A DNA stretch of 46,463 nucleotides, taken from the NCBI GenBank assembly GCA_032718475.1, contig JAUCBJ010001851.1:1-46463 (forward strand), written 5' to 3'. The position numbers were made by a program, and so were the translations under genes. The notes below the pieces were generated by a model. The model worked only from the letters and a program-made list of their open reading frames with translations, was not told the origin of the DNA and searched no databases. Positions 11,550 through 23,589 of the stretch are shown here, one piece after another; the first letter of the stretch is position 1, and each line of letters begins with the position of its first letter. Origin of the DNA: Nemertoderma westbladi. Lineage: Eukaryota > Animalia > Xenacoelomorpha.

Positions 11550-14500
11550 TTACGTTATGGAGTCCCTAGATATTTGTCGGATTAGGGAAGTGGTCGTAGG
11601 AAGAGTATCTTGCCTTCCATAGTTTCCGGACAGTTTTCGGTCTCTTTCCAGTAAACATAAACGACTAGCTGGGCGATTTAGTTGTTGTGTTACTTTCTCC
11701 GCTCCCTTGGCCTGTCTAATCTTCACCGGGGTAAGATGAGGAGGCCATTCTCCTTCTTCTTTACTTAAGAAGTCGGATCCACCTAACCAGCCTGGATTAT
11801 CTATCAGTTCTTGAGGAGTTGCTCCTCTGGAAGCGATGTCGGCTGGATTAATCGTCCCAAGGCAATGTCTCCATTGATCTACATTGGAGTTAATATCGTC
11901 ATTATCTGAGGAGTATGGTGTTCCCTCAGTTGGATCGTCCACATCACTGCTCTCCACTTCCCATTCCTTTACTTGGTATACCTGTTGTTGAGGTAATCTC
12001 TCTTTGAGAGTTCTATGGGAAGGGCCAGTGAAGTACCAACCTACTCTAGTTCTTACCGCATAGGTTTGTAGTGGCTGCGGTTGAGCAGGCTGTTTCTCCA
12101 ATGTCTCGAGCGCCTCATGCGCGTTTTGGCCGATGAGTATTTGCACTCCAGGATAATCTGTCTGGAATCGAGGTATCTTAAGATGTTGGATGCTCTCATC
12201 CTCGTCCCAATTATAAAGGTCTGCTTGGGTAGTAGCGAAGTTCTTTATAGCCACCATTTTTACCGACCTTATACCTTGTGCTCCTAATTTATCCTGGGGG
12301 GTGGACAACACACCTACATAGTAATCTGCCGTTAGGGTAGATTTCCAAACCTGCATAATTCCTGACATATTCAATTTAGTCCGGAATTTGGGTTGTCCAG
12401 CAAAGATATCTTCGGCTAGTTCTTGATCGATGAATGTTCCTGTGCTGCCGGAGTCAAGGAGGGCGTTCACTATATAACTTTTGTTAGGACCGTGAACTCT
12501 TACCTGCACTACAGGAAATTCTCTGATTCCTACGTTGGAAGTGGGAGCTTTCCAAGATGGTTGTCTGTCAAAGGTAGTTGGGGGGAACTCATTGTCGGTG
12601 TCCTTTTCATGCGTAAGTGCTCGATACACTGCGGTATTTATTAAGTAACAGGATTCGTTGGCGTCGGAGAATTCGTCCGTATAGAATCCTTCCATCTCAG
12701 ATTCTTGATCAGTGTCATTTACATCACTGAATTGGACATGTAGTTCGGGCTCACTTACCTGACTCGGGTTGTCTCGTTCGAACTCACTGTGTAACAAGAT
12801 GTGATGTTTCGCGCCACACTTTGCACACTTTACGTCGGAGTAACAGGTTCGCCGTTGGTGTCCTGATCTGAGGCAATTATAGCATAACCGCTTATTCCAC
12901 AGGACTGTACGTCTGTCTACAAGGGATTTCTTTAGAAATTCAGCACACGCACTCAAACGGTGGGGCCCGTCGCACAGCGCACATTTTGGTTTGATGTTAC
13001 TCACCTTACCTTGGGTAACGTTATGCACTCTCGTTCTTTCTTCGGGCTTTCTTCCGTGAATTCTCTTAGGAGACGTAGGAGGAGTTGTTGTTATCTGTTC
13101 TCTCCTGTCACTGGTTCGAGACTTGTATTTACTTACGTCTTTATAGGTCTTGTTGTCATAGTAAGATTTTGCTGTGTCTTTCCCGCTGTCCTCTTCTTGA
13201 GAAGCTTGGCTTTCGCCGTCGTCAGTGTAACACACTGGTATTATCCTTCTCCTAGAAACGGGTTTCTCACTTACCTTATTTTCCGATGTTTTCTCTCTGG
13301 ACTGCTTTATGAGTTGTAATTTTACTTCACTATCTAAGAAGGACATGAGATCAGCCATGGTAGGGCTTCGTCGTTGTTGTTCATTCATGTACAACACTTT
13401 CTTGTCCCAGCGTGTACATACTCCACCCTTTGGTAAAGTAGAGACTACGGCTCCAATAACCATGGAACTCTGATATTCATGAGACTTACCTAACCAGTCC
13501 AATTGTCTACAGATCTCCTGAATCTCATCGGAAAACTCTATAATCCCGCTACTAAGGAAGTTTCGGGGGGCTACTAATTTTGCATACAAATACTTAGCTA
13601 TGTTATCCTTGTTACCATACCTGATGTTTAATGTATCCCAAACTTGTCTTAATCCTTCTGGATGTCCAATAAACTTTAACGCCATTAACTTGGGAGGTCC
13701 TTCCAAGCACTTGATGAGGAACCTAAGTTTCTCTCCATTAGATAGCACAGAGTTCTGTATGCTGTCTTTGTAATATTCGTTGAAAGGTAACCATTTCATC
13801 TCATCTCCATTGAATTTGACGATCTCTCCCACTTTGACCGCTTGGCGGGCTTCTGTTCTAGCCATCTGACGCGTAAAGCTTTCTTGGGCCATCGTGTTAT
13901 TTAATATCGAATTATCGGTATATAAATTTCTCGGATCATTGTCAGGTCCATAGGGAATATCATTAATAACAGGTCTATAATCACCCTTAATAGGGTTTGC
14001 TATAGGAGTTTCTACTTCACTAGCAGTATAGATGCGTGTAGGCTCCACACCTTGCGCATGTAATACTTCAGACCTAACAGGTTGACACAATGTTACAGGG
14101 GGTATTGGTATGCCTTTTTGTATATTGACTAATTTGTCGCGTTCCAGTGCGATACTTTGCTGCACTTCTTGCAATTCTGCCCTACCTTCCCTTACTGTTC
14201 CCTTAAGCTGGTGGACAGTCTCCTGCATCTGTCCGAGCAGGAGGTTCATCCCCCGCCGTCCCTCTTCTACCCACTCGACCGCCGCAGCGGGAGTCGCCAA
14301 CATTGTAGCGGGCTGACGCGGGACGACGGGAGACAAATCTTTGATTTCTCTCTCAGCTTCCAGGACAGGGATATTTTCATGGACTGTTCTACCGGGTACA
14401 GGCAGTGTAGTACTGTGTAAAGGGAATTTAGAGTTAAGCTCTGGAAGTACAGGGGTCTCTAGCACAGAAGTGACTTTGGGAACGACAGGCCTAATTATTT

Positions 14501-16172
14501 CAGGCTCATCAACTATTGTAGGGAGTCTTTTGACCCGAATAATTTGTTCTGTGGGTTCTGTATTGCCTAAGTCTGCGCTAGTTAGTTGTCTTCTAACCGC
14601 CGGGGGCAAATTTGGCAATTTGTGGCAGTGAGATGTTTTTCTACGCCTGCTTAGACGAGATCTATTTCCTCCGCCTTCAGGATCGGTGGTTTCGCTTTCC
14701 TCCGATGATGTGTATCCCTGGCGCTTGGGAGTAGATCGACTCCTCATCTGCATTTGACTAGCAGTTAACTGTTTATTTATGCAGTCTTGCGTCTCTTGAA
14801 GATTTTCCAACTCCAGTTGTGTGGTCTCTTCAGACGCTCTCTGTTCTGCGTCTGCCAATGCTATTGCTGCTGCTGCTTTGGCTGCTTCTACTGTCGCTGC
14901 AGCTTTCGCCGATGCTACTGCCTTTGCCTCTTCCACTGCCGCTGCTGCCTTTGCCGCTTCCACTGACGCTGCCGCTTTCGCCGCTGCTACTGCTTTTTTG
15001 TCCTCTATCCGCCTTTTCTTTACTTGTTCTTCTTGGACTCTAGCGAGGCGGAGTTTTTCATCAAATTCAGCTTGGTTAGCAGCTAACATTTCAGCATCGA
15101 TTGAGTCTAACACACGCTGGGTTCCTTCACTATTAGGGGAAAGTCCAGACAGCCGTCTCCTCAACTCTTCGTCTCCTAGGAATCGCTGATAGTCGGACAG
15201 ATATATGTCGATGGCGTCTCTCGTTCGTGGTCTCTCTGCAGTCTCTTCGCCTTCCACTTGAGAAAGGGTGGCATCGGTTGGTTCTTCATAGGTTAGTCTC
15301 TCAGACAGCTGGGATTTCCACTGGTCCGTTTCTTGTACTTTGAGACCTACCCGCTGGAACCAAGTTTTGACAGCAACCTGCAGCGACGTGTCCTGTCTTC
15401 TTTTGGAAGTTTCCTCAAAGGCTGATAGGATTAGTCTAATGCGTAGGGTTCTTTCGCGTACTTGATATAGCAGCTCTTCCTGCTCTTGAGGTCCTTGGGG
15501 TTGTCGAAACAGTTGTTCTTCCAATCGCTCCAAGGAGCCGAAGAATCCCTGCACATATCCTGCTGCCGACCTCTTCCAAACAGCTGGGTCCATTGTATCT
15601 TTAGTCACTCCCATCCTGTGTATATCTTCCCAAGTAGCCTCGGACAAATCTAACGGGAGTCCGGGTCCGGGAAAGTTCCATTGTGACTCGACAATAGACA
15701 TCAATTCTTCCCTGGCGTATCCCGCATAATTATCTTGGGTCGCTCGCTTACTTCTCGCCCAATCGGCTTGATGTTCCTCCACCGCAATCAATATAGTAGT
15801 TAGCACTGCGGCAGGAAGGGTGAGAAGGGGGTCCGAGTAGGCTGTAGCCGCCATCTGCAATCCGCGTTCGGGAGTCAGTTCGACAGTATCCGAACTACTG
15901 GAGCTATCGGATCGCTGGGAACAAGTTTCTTGACTAGGCTGTTGCTGCTGTGGGACAGCTGCTTCCTGGTTCCGTTTGACTTGGGCCCGAGTGCCGATGA
16001 TAGACCTACGGTGTTGGATTAGCTTAGGGTCTGATACCACTACTGGAGGGATGACTTTTCTTTCAGTAGGAGGTGAGCTGAACTCCTTTCTTAATCGCTC
16101 CACACTCCTATCTGTGTCACAGATGGTTGTATCGATTAGACTGTCTGACAGGTTTTGCTGAGTGTCAGACAT
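11550..16172 (-). CDS. BEL/Pao Gag-protease polyprotein (1540 aa) with in-frame loss of RT/RNase H and integrase
   Basis: DUF1759-like capsid (KFNGDEMKWLPF...LSNGEKLRFL), triple Cys-His array (CALCDGPH..C; CYNCLRSGH..C; CAKCGAKHHILLH) and aspartic protease ALLDSGSTGTFI...ILIGQ...RTRVGW. It then runs directly into the RNase H tail QWRHC..NPADIASRG and the polyprotein terminal motif RPASRLCLLE. Confidence 0.93.
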   Translation of the reverse strand: MSDTQQNLSDSLIDTTICDTDRSVERLRKEFSSPPTERKVIPPVVVSDPKLIQHRRSIIGTRAQVKRNQEAAVPQQQQPSQETCSQRSDSSSSSDTVELTPERGLQMAATAYSDPLLTLPAAVLTTILIAVEEHQADWARSKRATQDNYAGYAREELMSIVESQWNFPGPGLPLDLSEATWEDIHRMGVTKDTMDPAVWKRSAAGYVQGFFGSLERLEEQLFRQPQGPQEQEELLYQVRERTLRIRLILSAFEETSKRRQDTSLQVAVKTWFQRVGLKVQETDQWKSQLSERLTYEEPTDATLSQVEGEETAERPRTRDAIDIYLSDYQRFLGDEELRRRLSGLSPNSEGTQRVLDSIDAEMLAANQAEFDEKLRLARVQEEQVKKRRIEDKKAVAAAKAAASVEAAKAAAAVEEAKAVASAKAAATVEAAKAAAAIALADAEQRASEETTQLELENLQETQDCINKQLTASQMQMRSRSTPKRQGYTSSEESETTDPEGGGNRSRLSRRRKTSHCHKLPNLPPAVRRQLTSADLGNTEPTEQIIRVKRLPTIVDEPEIIRPVVPKVTSVLETPVLPELNSKFPLHSTTLPVPGRTVHENIPVLEAEREIKDLSPVVPRQPATMLATPAAAVEWVEEGRRGMNLLLGQMQETVHQLKGTVREGRAELQEVQQSIALERDKLVNIQKGIPIPPVTLCQPVRSEVLHAQGVEPTRIYTASEVETPIANPIKGDYRPVINDIPYGPDNDPRNLYTDNSILNNTMAQESFTRQMARTEARQAVKVGEIVKFNGDEMKWLPFNEYYKDSIQNSVLSNGEKLRFLIKCLEGPPKLMALKFIGHPEGLRQVWDTLNIRYGNKDNIAKYLYAKLVAPRNFLSSGIIEFSDEIQEICRQLDWLGKSHEYQSSMVIGAVVSTLPKGGVCTRWDKKVLYMNEQQRRSPTMADLMSFLDSEVKLQLIKQSREKTSENKVSEKPVSRRRIIPVCYTDDGESQASQEEDSGKDTAKSYYDNKTYKDVSKYKSRTSDRREQITTTPPTSPKRIHGRKPEERTRVHNVTQGKVSNIKPKCALCDGPHRLSACAEFLKKSLVDRRTVLWNKRLCYNCLRSGHQRRTCYSDVKCAKCGAKHHILLHSEFERDNPSQVSEPELHVQFSDVNDTDQESEMEGFYTDEFSDANESCYLINTAVYRALTHEKDTDNEFPPTTFDRQPSWKAPTSNVGIREFPVVQVRVHGPNKSYIVNALLDSGSTGTFIDQELAEDIFAGQPKFRTKLNMSGIMQVWKSTLTADYYVGVLSTPQDKLGAQGIRSVKMVAIKNFATTQADLYNWDEDESIQHLKIPRFQTDYPGVQILIGQNAHEALETLEKQPAQPQPLQTYAVRTRVGWYFTGPSHRTLKERLPQQQVYQVKEWEVESSDVDDPTEGTPYSSDNDDINSNVDQWRHCLGTINPADIASRGATPQELIDNPGWLGGSDFLSKEEGEWPPHLTPVKIRQAKGAEKVTQQLNRPASRLCLLERDRKLSGNYGRQDTLPTTTSLIRQISRDSIT

Positions 16173-17515
16173 GTTTAGCTATACAGTTGAATGTCTACTG
16201 CTATAGTTTCAGTTAAAGCAAGTCTAGTAATTCAGTATGACCGTTGGCCTAGTACCGTTAATTTATTACAGTATATTAGAATATCGGTATACACTTATAG
16301 TATATATAAGTATTGTAAACTAGGTTTGTCACAGAGTACCGGTATATAATTTTAGCACAAATATATATAAATATATAATAGGCCTATCGTGAATACCGGT
16401 ATACAGCTTACACTGATAGTATATATAAGTATAATTATGAACTAGAATTAATTACAGAATACCGGTATGATTTCAGCTCAAATTTATAGAAATAAATATA
16501 ATAAGCCTATGGTAAATACCGGTATGTCAATTATTTTAGAATAATTGAATTTCTGAATATTTTAGGGTTACTTGGTTACTTTAACTTACTTTATTACCGT
16601 TATTTAAGCAGTAGTCCAACTGATATTGAGACCTAGTTGTTGTATGACAGGCCTACTATTTATAAATCATTTGAGTTGATTTATAATATATATATACCCG
16701 TTTAAAATGGGTTTTGTCAATATTTGAAATAAATGTTATTATTTCTGAGGGAGTCACTACATAGAAGCTGTGCGCTCTCAGTGAAGTGACACTTATTTGA
16801 CGCTAAAACAGATAATTCTAATTTACCTAAGTTACTTAATACTACAAATTACTTACGATATGGGTGAGATTAAATCTCTAATTAAACACAACAAAAATAT
16901 TACGTACGAAATTTTAGGGTAATTTTACAGGAAGTCTAAAAACCAGCCTAACAAAGGGTTAGAATTCTGGTTATTACAAAGGACAGGGTACTACGGTATT
17001 TGAAAATAATAAGTAGTAGTAAATATATTGCACTGTCCAGATAGGAAAATACCACCGCCTGACGACCTATAACCGTATCGCTATAGGTACTACGTTATGT
17101 ATCACGGAGTGTTCCTACCTAGAAGTTAATTACCGCGGACTACCAGATCCAGCGTGCCTATTAACCACTTTACAACACAAATATACTGCCTACACACTAA
17201 TTACCTCGGAAAGCACTGTACACTAAACCCTAAATTAGGTACAAGTACTGGTACAACAAATAATCAGTAGTTAAATATACTTGAACAGTTAAAAGAACCA
17301 CGGCATCTGCTGGAGTGACCGAAGCACAAAGTCACCAGTCTTTTCCTACGCCAAGCAGCCCGTGTAGTACCGGGGTTAATTTAACTATAACGGTATGTGT
17401 AACAAACACAATTACTGTAGGAATAAACTTGGGGACATGAATGTTGCGAATAATCGCATAAACTCTGAATAATAAATATTACGCTACCCGTACAGAATAC
17501 TCAAACAAAATACAA

Positions 17516-18040
17516 GCCAAACGCTGGCAGACTACCACCAAGCCTAAATAAACTACAGTATGCGCAGATTCCGAAATGGTTAGTTAGTATGCGTTCTAAC
17601 ACGGTAGTACGACTTATTCTTTAAGAGGGGATTGACCTTACAGCTATGGCTGCCCCAACTTACTAACTGGCACTTTATCAGACCAACTCTACACACGCAG
17701 CAATCTCTTCAGACCTAAGAATAGCTAGACAACAATCCAGCCTACAAAATATCTGAGTAATAACTATTACGGTACCTGAACAGACTACACAAACAAACAC
17801 AGGCCAAAACGTTGGCAGAATACTGTCAAGCCTAAATAAACTACAGTATGTGCAGATTCCAAAATGGTTAGTTAGTATGCGTTCTAACACGGTAGTACGA
17901 CTTATTCTTTAAGAGGGGATTGACCTTACAGCTATGGCTGCCCCAACTTACTAACTGGCACTCTATCGGACAAACTCTACACACGCCGTAATCTCTCCAA
18001 TCTCAACAACAATCTAACAACAGTCCGGCCTACAATTATC
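17516..18040. repeat. Two-copy ~288-bp tandem repeat in the 2.2-kb 5' leader of BEL element 1
   Basis: The block AAGCCTAAATAAACTACAG...CCCCAACTTACTAACTGGCACT starts at 17540 and again at 17828. Confidence 0.9.
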
Positions 18041-18215
18041 TGAACAATCTGAGCAGACTTACACGTCTTCAGCTCAATATTAACTTACATGTAAATAAAA
18101 CCGACAGAAATAAGTAAAATCTCAATAAAAAACCAGGGCTGCAGTCCCTGATTAAATACTAAGACCTACCGGTATGCAATAATCAAAATCGAATAATACT
18201 AATGTACTTATACTG

Positions 18216-18342
18216 GAAGTACCGGTTAGGACAGTTGGGCCTACGGACCTACAGAAGTACCGGTTCTGGCAGTTGGACCTACGGACCTACGGCAGTACCG
18301 GTTCTGGCAGTTGGGCCTACTGACCTACAGAAGTACCGGTTC
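18216..18342. repeat. ~38-bp tandem repeat, about 3 copies, in the leader near the primer-binding position
   Basis: Units of AGTACCGGTTCTGGCAGTTGG(G/A)CCTACGGACCTAC. Confidence 0.85.
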
Positions 18343-18396
18343 AGGTTTACCGGTCGACCGGTACTTTCAACTTTATTGCTTACTGCAATAAAGTCA

Positions 18397-18407
18397 ATAA
18401 CTGTTAT
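18397..18407 (-). promoter_or_regulatory. Candidate self-primer binding site of BEL element 1 (no tRNA-type PBS)
   Basis: Sense ATAACAGTTAT abuts the 5' LTR and is the exact reverse complement of sense ATAACTGTTAT inside the LTR (19176-19166). Confidence 0.5.
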
Positions 18408-19676
18408 TGTACGCGCTTTTGAAGACCTTTAGCAGTTTAACCTGCCAAAATTTATATGTCTTTTGGTTTATAAACAGACTTTAGAAGTTGACAAATATTT
18501 AATACCAATAAACACAACATTAGCAGAAGCCAGCCTAGTGCGCGTCCATTCACCCGCTGGATATACCCGGGAGACTGGATTCTGAGGGCTTAGATTATTA
18601 TTGCAGTGTAAGCTTACTGTATTATTCGATTGATCGTTAATAATTAATTTCTGACTAATATTATTCACTTTCGGGAAATATTAACAGTTCCTTTAGGACG
18701 TGGCGCTCTATCTAGGTAAACAGAGATATGACTTATACTAATCACAACGGTAAGTCGATAAGGCTTATGATTCACGTATGAGGCGCATTCTTTAGGAAAT
18801 GCTTAGTTATCAATCACAATCAGGCACACTACCGGTAACACACAATACTGCTCACTAATTTGCCGACCGTCAATGAATTTTATCATATACAAAGAGAACA
18901 GCAACGGACTCATGTAGTGCTTATCAAATAGCATTAAATTCACTACAAACCACAATAATATAAGTCGCAATCGCTATATATAACCCGTCTCTCTAACCTG
19001 TAGTGTATCAAGAAAATTGGGAAATTTGGGTTCTTTATAAATGTTCTCCAAATAATATTCAACCAACTAATACAAAATATGACAACAGTAAAAAGCATTA
19101 AGACGGTAGGTTAAGATATGATATGACAATGTATGTGCCGATTGAGTCGAGTTGATTGAGTTGTGATAACAGTTATACGCTCTATAATTTAAGCCTACTA
19201 ATGTTTCTTCTAAAGTATGAAAACGAATTGACTCTAGAGCCGGTGTTCCTGGCCTAGATAGAAACAACACAACAGTATCAAGAAAAAACCGTAAGACTGA
19301 ACACTCCTAGTATGATCGGCCGAATATCTCCACATCGACAGAAAAAATCGCTCTGATTGGCTTAAGCTAAACAAAGAACCAGGTGTCCAATGGCCGTTTC
19401 CATGTCAGCAACCAGCTGTTAGATGTCGTAATCTGAATCATCAAGGCTAAGCTGTGTAAAGGTATTTGGTGCATTGCGGGTTTTTTGCCTTACCATGTCC
19501 GCCAAAGCACGTATATAGAAGAATGACTTTTATGTCCGTTAAAACACCTATAACGGTACCTTGCGGGCGAGGGGAATATATATATAGTTAGAGAGCCTTT
19601 TAGAGTATTCCAGCGCCTGGGGGGAAACTGGATTGCGAAGCAAAAGGGCCAGTTATATCCCACAGAAGCTTTTACA
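18408..19676 (-). repeat. 5' LTR of BEL element 1
   Basis: Partner of 7127-8395; lies upstream of the minus-strand gag ORF. Confidence 0.97.
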
Positions 19677-22600
19677 CCACTGTATAATACTTCTGTAGCC
19701 ATCTCACTTGTTATTAGTGTTTTGAGCTGCATCCTAACCGACTTCGTTATTGTCGTCCCACCTTCACTCTTTAACCCTATTCAACCTGGGCTAATCTATC
19801 CGAGATTCAACCTGGGTGTTGGCGTTTTCTGCCAACAATTTTGAATGCATTTTGAATGAGGTAGAAATGTACAAATTTAGTTGCGTATTCGCATGGACAC
19901 AGACACATATATGGAGCATATAGTGGATTTTAAATTAATGTAAAATATGATAGCAAACTATCCAATATTTAAATAATTAATTAGAGTGCACCATTCACAA
20001 AATATATCATATAGTTTCAATGGAAAGAGTTGCATGCATCTTGCTATTTGCCTATCTTTACCAAATTACTCCATCCTCCTACCTTATATGAGATGTTGGG
20101 TTTAGTATTTCATATTATAGTCTAGCAAAGGACAGATGGCTGGGGGCTATTCTGTACACTACTACAAAGATTGGTAAATAATTGGAATAAAGTGGTCAGA
20201 CAATATTAGCTAGTCTGCCTGCATGCTGCAACCTGGGAAGCCAACCTAATTTGCTATTTTAATGGAGGCAGTTTCAGACTCCTGGTGACTTAATTCAATA
20301 CATCCTGAGATGATAACTTGTCTGCAGAACTCAACCCAGTTTTAAATCCAGCTATGTTTTAGGTATCTCAATTCCAGCATGAGGTAAACAAACACAATGC
20401 CTTATCTACCTTCACTTGTAATTTAATTAAATTCAATAATATCTGTCTGGCAGGTAAAACTGGTTGAATAGTTTGGTATTTGATTGGGTGCCAAAGCTAA
20501 GGCATTGTCCAACCAGAATCACATTAATTAAGAAGTTAGGAATATTGTGACAGCACCAAGAATTATTTTAGTAAATTTGGATAAAATTCTCGACTTCCCT
20601 TTGACAAGACAATATCTCATTTGCAAAAAAACTAAAAATCGCACAAAAAAATAAATGACACTACGAGATTCACCAGTAAATTTTAGGAAAAGTCAATAAA
20701 TTTCAAGTGCATAGCCCTTATATATATTCTCAAATTCACAGCATTATAAAATGTTGGCGGATAATGGTAAGGGGCGACAAACCCCAAAGGAACACACACA
20801 CAGCGGGGGTCAGAGGTTACACCTCCGGGAGGGAGAGAGTGACAGTAGCGGGGGGAAGCACTCCCAGAGAGATGGGAGGGCGAGAAGTGAGTTATTAGCC
20901 AATGGGGGAAAGGCATCCACTGAGTAATGTAATACGGCCAAGCAGTGCAATATATTACCAGTTGTTGTGTCATTTCATTCAGTTTGGTTATCTCAGTACA
21001 GTTAGGGCAGAACGGTGACTTTTGTTACCGTCGTCGCCACCATCATCCATCAGTATTACCGGTATATTACAGTTTACTCAGTCATTCATGCTAACTTACT
21101 TTACTCTATTTTTACCCTATATATTAATAACATCGGAAGAACTATAATAACTCTTTTACACACGGCGGGGACGCGTAAACAAACAACCAGGATAAATCGG
21201 GATTTCCGGATCCCGTCACAAATATTCAATGGGCCTAAGTAGTCTCTCTGGTAGTTAAGGCAAAAACTAACAGCCAATAATATAAATAATAAAAAATTAA
21301 TTTTTATGTTCAACTGGCGGATCTTTCCTGGAGCAGAAAACGCAACGCCCACGGCCACAGAATGAAGGAAGGTGGAGGAATATCTGAAATACGAAGGCGT
21401 TTATAAGGACGGGAAGTTGGAAATGCGTGTTTGCGTCCAGAAAACGACCCAACCAACTCCTTGCTTAGCAGCAGTTTGAATTCCAGCAGTGTGATGTATG
21501 AATTTGGGCGCACTTCACAGTATATAATAAATGAATTGACACATGCAATGTCTAGTAAATCGAAGAACATCCTAAGGTAGTAGCGAACCCTCGACCATCT
21601 GTCGAGTGAGTAGGTAGCCTTCCATTGATCGGCAAGATCGACACCACCCATGCCGTTGTTATATAACTTTATTGCTAGAGGGCAATCAAACTTTTTCTTT
21701 CCTTTATGCCCCTTCTCCCTATGGACATCAAATAAAAGTAAATGAAATAAATTTCAAATGTAGGTTGTATAAAGTAATATATATAAAATATATATTCGAC
21801 CAGATAGTAGCTATAGTTATATATAAGGAGTACCTGTAAGTATAATAAATAGACCTTGATTATGCATTATAATAATTTTTTCTCACAATAAAGTTAGTTA
21901 TAGGAGAAGGGTTCACGGTACGATTCATGTACAATAATAAATAAATTATAATATATGTTATGTTATGTTATATATGGAATATTAATACTAGCGGATGTCA
22001 AATATATAGAATTCGATACCTATAAATAACCTATAATTAAAATATTAATATTATACTGATACATTACACACATGTATATAGATAGATATATGGGCCTATA
22101 CAATTTAACATTATAGTAACTGCCGTTCCACAGTCGAGATAGCAGAGATATCACCGACATTTGAACCAAGAACATGAACCCCGCGATTGTCCATCCATTT
22201 CACATCCATCCACATCGTTGCAATATCGCATTGCACTCTGTCCACGAATCATACTTTTGTCTGTAGGAAATGTATGGGGGAGTCCTTTCCGAGCAGTATT
22301 AACAGTTCCCAGTGAATAAATCCCATTGTTGAACAATGTCTGAACCAAACATGGTGAATTAAAAAAGTTATCGAAATAGAGCCAAGCAAATGTTCCCTTC
22401 AGTCTAGGAGAGAGTTTTAGCACAACTTCCTCACCCAAGCCATACTCAGTGGTTTCTTTCTTCCCCAGGTACAGATCCAAATCGTAACCTGATTTACTGG
22501 CCGCACGAATCCAGAATTTGAAACCCCACTTAATTGGTTTATTCTTTATATACTGCTTCATCCCAGATTGACCCTTAAATGTACACAATGCATTTGCTAA

Positions 22601-23057
22601 ATGAGAAATAATGGGGCGAATTTTATATCCACGATCAATAGGTTTTTTATTTACATCAAAGAACTCTTTGGAAGGGTGCTGGTCACCTCGCCGCACTACC
22701 ACTTCGCCGCAGGTCACCTCACCGCAGATAATGTGCGGCGAGGTGTCTTTGCGGCGAGGTGTCTCACTGTGAATGCCATTTCGCCGCAAATTATCGGACC
22801 CCTCGCCGCAAGTCAATATTAATGATTTATTTCTATATTTACAGGGAAGCCTACTAAGCCTAGTTATGGCATTGGACATTATTATATGAAGAAATAAAAT
22901 AATATATTATAATTAAAAATAAATAAAATAATAAAATATAAAAAATTTAAATTTTAAAAAATTTATATTTAAAATTTGGAATTTGGAAAATTTGGAAAAA
23001 ATGGAAAAGTTCAAATTTGGAATAAAACATTTCATTGCGAAATTTATCTATCTAATA

Positions 23058-23526
23058 TATATATTTTTTTAAACCAATCCTCATTTTATTTACAATAGTT
23101 AAAAAACTTTCAAACGAACAATAGGACATGACATCGATATACACACGGATAAAATAAACCCACCACCAGCTGACTTGGCAATAGATAGTTTAAATATATA
23201 TATTTTACGGTTCCACCTCCGCATTCGCCATCACGATGGCTGCCTCAGCCCAAGTCACTTTGACTGGCCGCCTGGCTGCAGAGCGGCACCCATGTAAGTA
23301 GAGCAGCGCCGACCGAAGTAGTGCGAAGCTCAGGTTGCGCCTCACCCAGACAACGCACTCTGAGTACGGGACGCTTTGTTTGTCGCACAACTTCATCGAC
23401 AGCCTCTTCACGAACTGGCTCGCCGATGGGCCCATGCCACCATAAGCCGACAGGATGAAGGGAGTAAAGGTTGAATGTTCAACCTCCCTTAAACGTTCCT
23501 CATATTTGAGGACCTTGCGGTTCTCG
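23058..23526 (-). mobile_element. 5'-truncated CRE-like non-LTR retrotransposon (C-terminus of restriction-like endonuclease, 3' UTR, A-tail)
   Basis: ENRKVLKYEERLREVEHSTFTPFILSAYGGMGP...LSFALLRSALLYLHGCRS; short A tail; 14-bp TSD TTATCTATCTAATA (23044-23057, 23527-23540). Confidence 0.85.
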
Positions 23527-23589
23527 TTATCTATCTAATAACTATTTACGTACATGTACAATGCACAATTGCACGATTGTACATGTACA

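Larger units (their letters stand above)
7127..19676 (-). mobile_element. BEL/Pao LTR retrotransposon 1, non-autonomous (RT, most of RNase H and integrase missing), recent insertion
   Basis: 1269-bp LTRs with TGT...ACA ends, 5-bp TSD CCACT (7122-7126, 19677-19681), and BEL-type Gag and protease. Confidence 0.96.

Noticed and set aside
12081-16161. Plus-strand ORFs overlapping gag, including the Ala/Leu-rich ones at 14819-15189
   Set aside because: Antisense shadows of a long ORF and of its KAAAA repeat, with no independent motifs.
20586-21236. Additional DNA-transposon-like insertion near the piggyBac 3' end
   Set aside because: The composition shift and terminus-like motifs are suggestive, but I found no TIR pair or TSD.
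22674-22879. Novel N-terminus of the 242-aa piggyBac ORF
   Set aside because: It is read-through from the foldback TIR; the true upstream coding sequence resumes beyond 29681.
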